From NCBI RefSeq assembly GCF_006345805.1, contig NC_043025.1, positions 12,586,001-12,650,000 on the forward strand: a stretch of DNA of 64,000 bases, written 5' to 3'. Of the stretch, positions 51,760-62,254 are shown one piece after another (the first letter of the stretch is position 1; each line of letters starts with the position of its first letter). The translations under genes and the position numbers were made by a program. The DNA comes from Octopus sinensis. Its lineage: Eukaryota. The notes under the pieces were generated by a model, which was not told the origin of the DNA, ran no database searches, and saw only the letters and a program-made list of their open reading frames with translations.

Positions 51760-52740
51760 CTAGTTATGCGAGCCCTTTTCTGCCAATGACTGACCGGAGG
51801 TTTCCAGCTTCTTTCCTGTATGAATACGTTTGTGTTTAGTTAAGACGCCTCCTTCAGAGAATGATTTACCACAAATATCACAGCGATAAGGTTTCTCGCC
51901 TGTGTGAATTCGTTCGTGTTTAGTCAACGTATTTTGATGAGAAAATGCTTTGCCACAGATATCACAATGATAGGGTTTCTCCCCTGTGTGGACGCGTTTG
52001 TGAGCAGCTAAAGTGTTTCCATGGGAGAATGACTTACTACAGATATCACAATGATATGGCTTTTCTCCTGTATGGGTACGCTTGTGATTAGTAACCTCCC
52101 CATTTTGAGAGAACCATCTCCCGCAAATATCACAGTGAAACGGCTTCTCGCCCGTATGAATCCGTTTGTGAATGGTAACCTCACCGTTTTGGGAGAATGA
52201 TTTACCACAGATATCGCAGTGATATGGCTTCTCACCTGTATGAATACGCACGTGTGTAGTCAAGTGGTTAATTACAGAGAATGATTTACCGCAGATGTCA
52301 CAGTGATACGGTTTCTCCCCTGTATGGACACGTTTGTGTTTGGTCAAGTCACCGTTTTCGGAGAAAGATTTACCGCAGACATCGCAATGATACGGCTTCT
52401 CACCTGTATGAACGTATAAATGTCTCGTTAAAGTATTTCTATGGGAAAACGATTTTCCGCAGACATCGCAACGATACGGCTTCTCACCTGTATGGACGCG
52501 TTTGTGAGTAGTTAACGAGCTTTTTGCTGAGAAGGAATTACCACAGATATCACAGTGATATGGTTTCTCTCCTGTATGAATACGTCTGTGGGTAATGAGA
52601 TTACTTTTATGCAAGAAAGATTTATCACAGATATCGCAATGATATATCTTCTCCTTGCCTTCCTCTCTATCATCAAAAATACCAATTCTTTTACAAAGTA
52701 TTTCATATTTAACATTATTCTGGCACAATTCATCTTCCAT
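51760..52740 (-). CDS. C2H2 zinc-finger protein, 10 tandem fingers, 326 aa
   Basis: Intact ORF with ten CxxC-x12-HxxxH units joined by TGEKP. An in-frame stop lies upstream of the ATG, and a candidate 5' UTR acceptor lies at 52848-52849. Confidence 0.95.
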   Translation of the reverse strand: MEDELCQNNVKYEILCKRIGIFDDREEGKEKIYHCDICDKSFLHKSNLITHRRIHTGEKPYHCDICGNSFSAKSSLTTHKRVHTGEKPYRCDVCGKSFSHRNTLTRHLYVHTGEKPYHCDVCGKSFSENGDLTKHKRVHTGEKPYHCDICGKSFSVINHLTTHVRIHTGEKPYHCDICGKSFSQNGEVTIHKRIHTGEKPFHCDICGRWFSQNGEVTNHKRTHTGEKPYHCDICSKSFSHGNTLAAHKRVHTGEKPYHCDICGKAFSHQNTLTKHERIHTGEKPYRCDICGKSFSEGGVLTKHKRIHTGKKLETSGQSLAEKGSHN

Positions 52741-53604
52741 ATTTTTTCTTCTCTCATCACAACATACAAATGTTTATGTTCATCTTTCTGTTCTAGCTTT
52801 GTATCGCTCACAAATGTTTCCACCAACCGGCCCTTCTTTGTCAATATCTGAAAATGATGAAATTTATTTTCGGTAAAATAGTCCGAGCTTGATTAAAATG
52901 TAAAAATCACACCGCAGCCATTTCAGACAAGCTATCAATTTGAGTTCAGAAGAATCATTTCACAGTAATTCCACCAAGAACTTACATAAATATATGCAGG
53001 AGTGGCTGTGTGGTAAGTAGCTTGCTAAGCAACCACATGGTTCTGGGTTCAGTCCCACTGCGTGGCACCTTGGGCAAGTGTCTTCTGCTATAGCCCCGGG
53101 CCGACCAATGCCTTGTGAGTGGATTTGGTAGACGGAAACTGAAAGAAGCCTGTCGTATATATATATATGTATGTGTGTCTGTGTTTGTCCCCCTAGCATT
53201 GCTTGACAACCGATGCTGATGTGTTTACGTCCCCGTCACTTAGCGGTTCGGCAAAAAGAGACCGATAGAATAAGTACTGGGCTTACAAAAGAATAAGTCC
53301 CGGTGTCGATTTGCTCGACTAAAGGCGGTGCTCCAGCATGGCCGCAGTCAAATGACTGAAACAAGTAAAAGAGTGAATAGGATATTTCTTCCTTCAGTCT
53401 TTAAAACTTGATAAATATTGATTCTTTGATGCTGATTTTATCGAATATTCTGAAATAAAAAGAAAGAGACAGCAGTATAAGGTATGGAAGGTGTGTAAAG
53501 AGCAAAGATACAATAAGGGAAATTTGTTTTAGTACAGATAAATTGTAGAAATATACCTAACGTTCAAAAAGCACTGGTGAAGGGGCCATGCAAAAAGGTA
53601 TGGG

Positions 53605-54044
53605 GGGCGATCTTTCGTCTCTAGTAGACCTTTCCGTCGATTTTCCGTAAAAAAATTTTTTTTTTACATATGGGCTTGCGGGAACTTTTGAAGTAATATA
53701 CATATACACACATACATGCATACATACATATACACATACACCGAGTAAAAAATTTCAGTTATCTCTTTCTTTCACACATTACTCTGTCTCTTCACACACA
53801 CTAACAGAAGCACTTCACTTACACAACATACCGTCTGTCTCCCACACCCCATCAAACACACACACAGGTACATCAATGCTTGCCATGCACGGTAACTTCA
53901 AAAGAACTTCCCTCGTCATACAATCGCTTTCTCTTAGTCTCTTTCGCTCTCATTACTTCAAAAGTTCCCGCAAGCCCAAATGTAAAAAAAAAAATTTTTT
54001 TTACGGAAATCGGCGGAAAGGTCTACTAGAGACGAAAGATTGCC
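53605..54044. mobile_element. Non-autonomous element with about 92-bp TIRs and an 8-bp TSD (Mutator/foldback-like)
   Basis: 53606-53697 is the near-perfect inverse of 53952-54044. GGTATGGG is duplicated at 53597-53604 and 54045-54052. Confidence 0.8.
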
Positions 54045-54526
54045 GGTATGGGTGATGGTGCCACATAAAACGAAAGCCTTGTGAGTGGATTTGGTAGACG
54101 GAAACTGAAAGAAGCCCGTCGTATATATATATATGTTTATATATAGTGGAGGCGCAATGGCCCAGTGGTTAGGGCAGCAGACTCGCGGTTTCGATTCTCA
54201 GACCAGGCGTTGTGTGTGTTTATTGAGCGAAAACACCTAAAAGCCCCACGATATTCCAGCAGGGGGTGTTGGCGATCCCTGCTGTACTCTTTCGCCACAA
54301 CTTTCTCTCACTCTTTCTTCTGTTGGCCTGCTCGCTTAGCCAGCGGGGTGGCGTCATTCGAAGGCTAAGACAATGCGAACGCATTGTGACCAGCGATGTG
54401 TAACAACATCTGATGGTCTGTGTGTGTCTGTGTTTGTCCCCCACCAACATCGCTTGTATATGAGATCGTACTCATTCGGTCCTTACCCGACATCCATGGC
54501 CATAAGTAATCTAATACCAGGAGGAA

Positions 54527-54560
54527 CTTCGGTATAGGTACCGGATACATTTCAAGAAAG

Positions 54561-54620
<60 letters not shown>

Positions 54621-54753
54621 GGGGGGGTTAGGGGTGGGAGAAAAGGGTTGTGAATGGTGACCTCACCGTTTTGGGAGAATGATTTACCACAGATATCACA
54701 GTGATATGGCTTCAGAAATGTAAACAAAGCCACTTCCGGTACCTATACCGAAG
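54527..54753. mobile_element. MITE (same family as 40956-41083) carrying a captured zinc-finger fragment
   Basis: CTTCGGTATAGGTACCGG ... CCGGTACCTATACCGAAG termini. Confidence 0.85.
54648..54713 (-). pseudogene. 66-bp single zinc-finger fragment ([21 protein letters not shown])
   Basis: 64 of 66 nt are identical to 52166-52231 (finger 6 of the minus-strand ZNF gene). Both differences are synonymous. Confidence 0.9.
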
Positions 54754-54844
54754 GATCGCCCGATTCCGTATATTACAATATTTACTTATAATACCATAAA
54801 ACTATGATACTTACCTATCGTTGCTGAGGGTGTACGATGTGGGA

Positions 54845-54882
54845 TGACCTTATAAGGTCAAAGGTCGGACTCGACGAGGTCA
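54845..54882. promoter_or_regulatory. Cluster of nuclear-receptor-type half-sites (everted repeat plus DR1-like) between divergent ZNF genes
   Basis: Perfect 16-bp palindrome TGACCTTATAAGGTCA (54845-54860), then A-AGGTCG (54862-54867) and AGGTCA (54877-54882). Confidence 0.35.
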
Positions 54883-55987
54883 ATGAAATGTACAACTTCC
54901 ACCGACAGCCATCGATGTACCAAATGACGCTTCTTTCATATAAAACATATGATTATGCTTCGTATTATATTTCTGGGATACCTGACATATTTGTAAAATG
55001 GGGTGAACCCCTGGAACAGAGGAAAAAGAAACTGAAAGGGAAGAACTTTGGAACGATCTTGCCATTATGCACCGCCCTCTAGCGGAGAATTTAGGAAATA
55101 GATCCGTAAAGGGAAACAACTTCCACAAACTGAAACCGTGTTTTAATATAGAATGGTTTGAAATTTTAGTAGAAAGCCAACAATTTGTGGGAGAGGGCGT
55201 GATTCGATTACATCGACTCCAGTACGTAACTGGTACTTAATTTATCGACCCCGAAAGAATGAAAGGCAAAGTCGACCTCGGTGGAATTTGAACCCAGAAC
55301 GTAAAAACAGACAAAATACCTATTTCTTTACTAGCCACAAGGGTCCAAACACAGAGGGGACAAACAGACGGATTAAGTCGATTACATCGACCCCAGTGCA
55401 TAACTGGTACTTAATTTATCGACCCCGAAAGGATGAAAGGCAAAGTCGACCTCGGCGGAATTTGAACTCAGAACGTAGCGCCAGACGAAATACCGCTAAG
55501 CATTTCGCCCGCCGTGCTAACGTTTCTGCCAGCTCGCCTGACCTTTGACACCCAGAGATATTTGACCATGCCCCTCCCACCGTTGCTATGTTACCAGGTT
55601 TCATCAGTTGACCGATGACAATCCAGTTCAATTCCCGCCTTATTTTTTGCCGTTTTACTATTAACATGGAAAGTCATTCATTTTCCTTATAAAACCTGTG
55701 ACAGGTTTTCGTACAAGCATTTATAGAAAGGTATGCTTCGTTTTATTATTATTACCTGCTGTTTTTTTTTCCCTTTGTATCATTGAACCATCTTTTCTTT
55801 GTTCATCAATGTAATGTTACCAGGCACAGGAGTGGCTGTGTGGTAAGTAGCTTGTTTACCAACCACATGGTTCTGGGTTCAGTCCCACTGCGTGGCACCT
55901 TGGGCAAGTGTCTTCTACTGTAGCCTCGGGCCGACCAAAGCCTTGTGAGTGTATTTGGTAGACGGAAACTGAAAGAAGCCCGTCGTA

Positions 55988-56027
<40 letters not shown>

Positions 56028-57126
56028 TGTATGTTTGTGTGTCTATGTTTGCTAGAGTGTTTACGTCCCCGTTACTTAGCGGTTCGGCAAAAGAAACCGA
56101 TAGAATGGTCTTACAAAAAAGAATAAGTCCCGGAGTCGAGTTGCTCGACTAAAGGCGGTGCTCCAGCATGGCCGCAGTCAAAGGACTGAAACAAGTAAAA
56201 GAGTAAAGAGGGAGTATCGACTAGTCACGAGTGCGCGAACCGGGGCCACACCGTTTTCCCGGTCATCCCGAAAACGTATCTTCTCAAATTTCTTTAAGAA
56301 AATGACTCTCCCCAGACACAATAAAATTTGCTTCAACACACAAATTCATATAAAGAATCTTGCAAGCTAAATCCCAAAACGGAAGATATAAGTGTAGTCT
56401 GGAAATATGGAGATTACATGAGGTTGTATGACATAGCCTTGATACTAAATCAAAAGGCAAACTTGAATTTCCTTGGTAACCGTTTTTGTCTTTCTTCATA
56501 AAATGCACACTTTTCAATGACTGAATCACAAGACACACACACAACATTTTAAGTATCCTTTCTAGTTTACACTGTTTCTCTGCTATTTCAGAATTTTCCA
56601 GTTGGCTTGGCATTAAAGGACATTTTTACTCTGGATTCATCGACCATTTACCAAGTCTAAAGGAAAATTGTACACAGAACAAATTTTACCCTGTTTGTAT
56701 TAATCTTTGGTAATTTGCAATGGAATATTTCATTTAACTGACATTGTTTAGTAAAACTTCTCCACGATATCGTGTTCTCATGAAACTTGGATAACGATGG
56801 AGCTTGCAGCATCTTCGGATATTGACGAAGATCACAGTTGGTGATAATAACACAGAATCATCATCGTTTAACGTCCGCTTTCCATGCTGGCATGGGTTGG
56901 ACAATTTGACTGAGGGCTGTCGAACCTGATGGCTGCACCAGGCTCCAATCTTGATCTGGCAGAGTTTCTACAGCTGGATGCCCTTCCTAACGCCAACCAC
57001 TCCGAGAAATAGAAAAGGGAGAAATTGAAAAGCATCTTTATATTTCGGTGAGAGACGGAAAATGAATTGTGTGAGGACAATATTAAATGTAAATCATAGC
57101 CTAAAAGGATTAATTTTGTTGACGAG

Positions 57127-57825
57127 ATGCCGAAAGATACAAGGAAAACAGCATATCCTTGTGATGTTTGCAAAAAGACATTTTCTCGAAAAGATAGCCT
57201 CTCTATTCACAAACGTACTCATACAGGAGAGAAACCATATCGCTGTGATATTTGTGGTACTTCGTTCTTTCAAAATAATCACTTAACGAAACACAAACGT
57301 ATTCATACAGGAGAAAAGCCATATCACTGTGACATCTGTGGTAAGTCGTTCACTCTAAGTGGTAACTTAACGGCTCACAGGCGCATTCATACAGGAGAGA
57401 AACCGTACGACTGTGACATCTGTGGAAAATCGTTTTCGCGGAGTGGCAACCTGACGACCCACAGCCGTATTCACAGCGACGAGAGACCCTACCTGTGCAA
57501 CACCTGTGGTAAATCATTCTCGAATGGAAGCGCTCTGACGAAGCACAAACACATTCATGCTGGAGAGAAACCATATCGTTGTGACATCTGTGGCAAGTCG
57601 TTCACTCAGACAGGTAGCTTGACAATTCACATACGTATTCATACAGGTGAGAAGCCATACCACTGTGACACCTGTGGCAAATCATTCTCTCTCCACGATC
57701 AGTTAACTACTCACCAACGTGTTCACACAGGAGAAAAGCCCTATGTTTGTGATACCTGTGGCAAATCGTTCTCTCAAAGAGCACACTTGACTAAACATAA
57801 CTACACTCATACTCAACCCGAGTGA
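57127..57825 (+). CDS. C2H2 zinc-finger protein, 8 tandem fingers, 232 aa (N-terminally truncated relative to paralogues)
   Basis: Intact ORF with eight fingers. The homologous leader upstream has ACG at 57055 and TAG at 57097. Confidence 0.9.
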   Translation: MPKDTRKTAYPCDVCKKTFSRKDSLSIHKRTHTGEKPYRCDICGTSFFQNNHLTKHKRIHTGEKPYHCDICGKSFTLSGNLTAHRRIHTGEKPYDCDICGKSFSRSGNLTTHSRIHSDERPYLCNTCGKSFSNGSALTKHKHIHAGEKPYRCDICGKSFTQTGSLTIHIRIHTGEKPYHCDTCGKSFSLHDQLTTHQRVHTGEKPYVCDTCGKSFSQRAHLTKHNYTHTQPE

Positions 57826-58909
57826 CTCTGCCCTGTTCATCACTCATCTGCCAATTGACTCTCACACTCCTGCAAACCTATTTCTTTACTACCCACAAGG
57901 GGCTAAACACAGAGAGGACAGACAAACGGATTAAGTCGATTACATTGACCCCAGTGCACAACTGGTACTTAATTTATCGACGCCGAAAGGATGAAAGGCA
58001 AAGTCGACCTCAGAACGTAACGGCAGACGAAATACCTATTTCTTTACTACCCACAAGGGGCTAAATACAGAGAGGACAAACAAGGACAGACAAAGGGATT
58101 AAGTCGATTACATCGACCCCGAACGGATGAAAGGCAAAATCGACCTCGGCGGAATTTGAACCACGAACGTAGCACCAGACGAAATACTGCTAAGCATTTC
58201 GCCCGGCGTGCTAACGTTCCTGCCAGCTCGCAGCCTTAATTATTTGAAATATTCAAAGGGCTGGGGTCAATAAAATAAGTACCAGTTGACCACTGGGGTC
58301 AATGTAATTTGGTAGATGGAAACTCAAAGAAGCCCGTCGTATATACCTGTATTTTTTTTTTGTCGTCCCACCCCCAAAGTTCTGTACCCATATATGCATG
58401 TATATGTACATATTTACGTAGGTATGTATGTATATATTTATATTATATATGTGTGGTTTTCAGGAGAGTCTGGATGCGAAAGCATTCTGCTTTGAATAGA
58501 AGCGAAAGCAAGACTGGGTTGAAGAAAAAAAACCCATTTTGAGAGAAAAAGTTAAAGAATGTTGTGACGATAATGGTAGAATGTCTCTTATGTCTAATTC
58601 CACGGACAACCTTCAATTTTTCTTCTTTTTTTTTTAAACTTAAATATCTCTTAATTACACAATTTTTCAGTGGCGGTAAGCTGGCCCGGTCGTTTAGCGC
58701 GTCGGACGGAATTGCTTAGTTGTATTTCGTCCGCCGTGACGTCCTGGGGAGGTTCGCTTCCCCGGGACGTCTTTGCGGTCGGAGTACTTCTGAGCATTTT
58801 CGTTTGGCGCGCTAATATGGCAAGCTCGTCGCCTTTTCGATCCCCTTTTGCATTTGACCTAGTTTAATCTGACCCCGTTTATCCACCCCCAAATCGATAA
58901 TGACCAAGA

Positions 58910-58922
58910 GGAAGTGACGTCA
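58910..58922 (+). promoter_or_regulatory. ETS-CRE-like composite motif
   Basis: GGAAGTGACGTCA in a locally CpG-richer stretch. Function not shown. Confidence 0.3.
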
Positions 58923-59234
58923 GGGTCAGTGCCGAAAACTGAAACAAACATTTATTGGAAGGAAGTCTGTTGCTCGCAGAACTTCGTGTTTGGTACACCC
59001 TCATGGAACTTTACCTTTAATTATGTTTTTAAGTAGAAGTCTGTCTTGTATTGATGTCAGGTGGCAGAGACGGAGCCAGAGAGTTTAACAAATAGTGAAG
59101 AAAGGAATATATATATATATTTGGTTGTCAATGGGCAACCTGTGGCCTGACGAGGACTCCCAACGAAAAGTTATGAGGTAAGGCCATTCCGTTTTATTGC
59201 GCATACATACACATTAATATTATATATATGAAAT

Positions 59235-59530
59235 TATTGTATAGTGCTCAGGTGCCCCACAACTTGTCAAAAGTGCGTATAAAGCATATGCAATGATGTA
59301 GAAATGTCTGGGAAGTGAACAGTGTATGAGTCAGATAGATGCTTGCTTGTGTGTATGGAGGGGAGAAGATCAGGTGTAGTGTTGGTGAATCTCGGGAAGT
59401 TTTCAAGGATGCAGTGCTCGGACAATTGATGCCGGTAGTTTGTTCCATGCTTCGGCAAGTCTTAGCGTGAAAAAATGTTTGCGAAAGTCATGGAAGGAGC
59501 TGTGCTACTTCCTGACTTTGTAAAACATGT
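59235..59530 (-). mobile_element. 3' end of the CR1/L2-group LINE family
   Basis: The reverse complement gives HDFRKHFFTLRLAEAWNKLPAS, followed by the same 3' UTR as 15443-15620. Confidence 0.85.
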
Positions 59531-59564
59531 CCACGGGTGTGGACATATATATGTGTGTGTATAT

Positions 59565-59736
59565 CAGTGCTTTTCGAACTTTTTGCCGGAGCGGAACCCC
59601 AAGGAAACATTCCACTGGCTCGAGGAACCCCTGTACAATAATTTAATAGACTTATGCACACATATCTGCACAGGAGAATTACTGCCGATTTTAGCAGTTT
59701 TGTAACTTCTTGCGGAACCCTGGTTGAAAACCACTG
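59565..59736. mobile_element. hAT (Charlie-type) MITE
   Basis: CAGTGCTTTTCGAAC ... GTTGAAAACCACTG termini. The 8-bp flanks GTGTATAT and GTATATAT match at 7 of 8 positions. Confidence 0.7.
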
Positions 59737-60070
59737 GTATATATATATACACACACATACACAAATATGGTTTATTTATATGAATATGTGGAGGTGTATG
59801 TATAAATAGCTTTAGATATAAATATCTAATTATACCAGTTTATCATTGGGGTGTTACTCCATTTTCTTCTTAGCAATAATCTCCATTCATTCATTCTAAA
59901 CACTAATTTAAGCAACCATTAGGAACCTACACGTGTGTCTGGATAGTTATAACTACCTGTACGTGTATATCTTGGTGGATTAAAATTTATTTAAACATTA
60001 ACACGACATGTCTGTCCCATAAGAGCCAGAATAACTCCCCATTGTAACTTTTAATAAACTCATGGTTTAA

Positions 60071-60444
60071 TCTCTCTCTATATAAAGCTGAAGTTGTCTG
60101 TGTATGGTAGGTTTGGTAGCCTTCAACTAACACTATCTCCTCTGAGGCCCTGTGGCGCAAGTTGACCAAAATTCAGAGTATGATAGAAGAAGGCTTGCTC
60201 TTCATTCCGTAGAAGAAAAAATTCAAATCAGACCATGTTAACACCAAAAATTATTTACATCAAACAGGTGCTTTTTTTTCTATGAAAATCCCTATTTTTT
60301 GACTGCTTTGTCGCCAATTTTTCGGTGTATTTCAACCAGAAAAATGTTTAATGAAAGAGAATAACAAGCTACATAATGCCAAATTTTTACTTTTCAAAAA
60401 TTCCTATTCTAAAGGGTCGAAACAAACCCGAGCAATACTGCTAT
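60071..60444 (+). mobile_element. Helitron-like element, second subfamily, damaged 3' hairpin
   Basis: It shares the A|TCTCTCT..ATATAAA start and the AAACCCGAGCAA..ATACTGCTA end with 50144-50518 but has a different interior. A 5' fragment also lies near 25150. Confidence 0.6.
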
Positions 60445-60637
60445 TAACCTGATATAATTACAGTACAACATATAATTGATTTCCTTTCCTAAGCTATACC
60501 TGTATCGAAACATATCAACCATATTCCTTCAGTAAAATCTTATTTTTTCCGGTTTAATTGCTTATGTATGTATATTTGTGAAAGTACTGTCTATTCTATA
60601 ATTGACAGCAACAAGGCAACGATATAGCCGCTAAGTG

Positions 60638-61122
60638 GTCACTGGACGTGCTAGAAATACCCTATTTTAATGTATATAAGGAACCTCCACATTCTGGGGG
60701 GCTTAAAATTTGGGAAAAAGGTTCTGTAAGAGATTATAATACATTGTTCTTTTCGGTTGTCACTGGACGTGCTAGAAATACCCTATTTTAATGTATATAA
60801 GGAACCTCCACATTCTGGGGGGCTTAAAATTTGGGGAAAAGGTTCTGTAAGAGATTATAATACATTGTTCTTTTCGGTTGTCACTGGACGTGCTAGAAAT
60901 ACCCTATTTTAATGTATATAAGGAACCTCCACATTCTGGGGGGCTTAAAATTTGGGAAAAAGGTTCTGTAAGAGATTATAATACATTGTTCTTTTCGGTT
61001 GTCACTGGACGTGCTAGAAATACCCTATTTTAATGTATATAAGGAACCTCCACATTCTGGGGGGCTTAAAATTTGGGGAAAAGGTTCTGTAAGAGATTAT
61101 AATACATTGTTCTTTTCGGTTT
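60638..61122. repeat. 121-bp tandem repeat, 4 nearly identical copies
   Basis: GTCACTGGACGTGCTAG at 60638, 60759, 60880 and 61001. Confidence 0.97.
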
Positions 61123-61464
61123 GAACGGCAGTTTTTAAAAAATAATTTCCACGTAACTAAACACTTTTAAACTTCGTATTCTGGTAGAATGTGTTTATAA
61201 AACATCTTTTTCTCTTGGCTTTATTGAGAAAATTCTATAGTTTGTAAGATATTTGTTGTTTAATTTCGGCAATTTCAACCAATCAATGACGTCTATTGAG
61301 GTGAATTCAGTTTCTATACATTATACTTACATACACAAATATACATATGTATAATATACAAACTGCAAACAAAATCAAGAAATGCATACATGCACATCCA
61401 CACACACACACAAAATATTGTCATAGCAACCGTTACACAGAAATCTGAGGTTGATTCTTTGATA

Positions 61465-61560
61465 TCATTGGCTGAAATGGAAAAGCGGTAGTGACGTCAG
61501 GCGACCAGTGACCGAGCCTGCGCCTGAAAAACCATTCTTTTCTTCGGCGGTAGGTAAACC
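61465..61560 (+). promoter_or_regulatory. Promoter / non-coding first exon candidate for the downstream ZNF gene
   Basis: ATTGG at 61467, TGACGTCA at 61492-61499, CpG-rich sequence and donor-like GCG|GTAG|GTAAAC near 61549-61558. Confidence 0.35.
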
Positions 61561-61772
61561 TTCGGGGTTCGATCCCAGCCTCCCGTACCCACCGAGGGAC
61601 CTGAATTTTTTCTGTTTGTTTGAATAAGGAACAAGTTGTCCTTTCTCTTCTTCTCTGTCGATGTCCTGACACAGCCAGGAGGCAATTTTCTAGGTGAGGC
61701 CATAACATTATTATTCATCTCTGCCCAACGCAAGTTCTTTTGGCGAGGAATAGAACATGTCCCGGGGCGATC

Positions 61773-62254
61773 CTTCGGTATAGGTACCGGAAAGTGGCTT
61801 TGTTTACATTTCTGAAGATAACAGAAACCCTTTTCTCCCACCCCTTATATACTCTTTTACTTGTTTCAGTCATTCGACTGCGGCCATGCTGGAGCACCGC
61901 CCTTAATCGAGCAACTCGACCCCGGGACTTATTCTATCGGTCTCTTTTTTCTGAACCGCTAAGTAACGGGGACGTAAACACACCAGCATCGGTTGTCAAG
62001 CAATGCTAGTGGGACAAACACAGACACACATATACATATATATGACAGGCTTCTTTCAGTTTCCGTCTACCAAATCCGCTCACAAGGCATTGGTCGGCCC
62101 GAGGCTATAGCAGAAGACACTTGCCCAAGGTGCCACGCAGTGGGACTGAACCCAGAACCATGTGGTTGGTAAACAAGCTACTTGCCACTCCTGCGCCAAT
62201 ATATATATATATAAAAAGCACTTTCTTGAAATGTATCCTGTACCTATACCGAAG
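61773..62254. mobile_element. MITE (same family as 40956-41083) with a family-A SINE nested in its (TA)n
   Basis: Matching TIRs at both ends, with a minus-strand SINE at about 61850-62200. Confidence 0.8.

Noticed and set aside
8490-61122. CRISPR-like arrays among the tandem repeats
   Set aside because: The units are contiguous tandem copies without unique spacers, the DNA is eukaryotic, and no cas genes are present.
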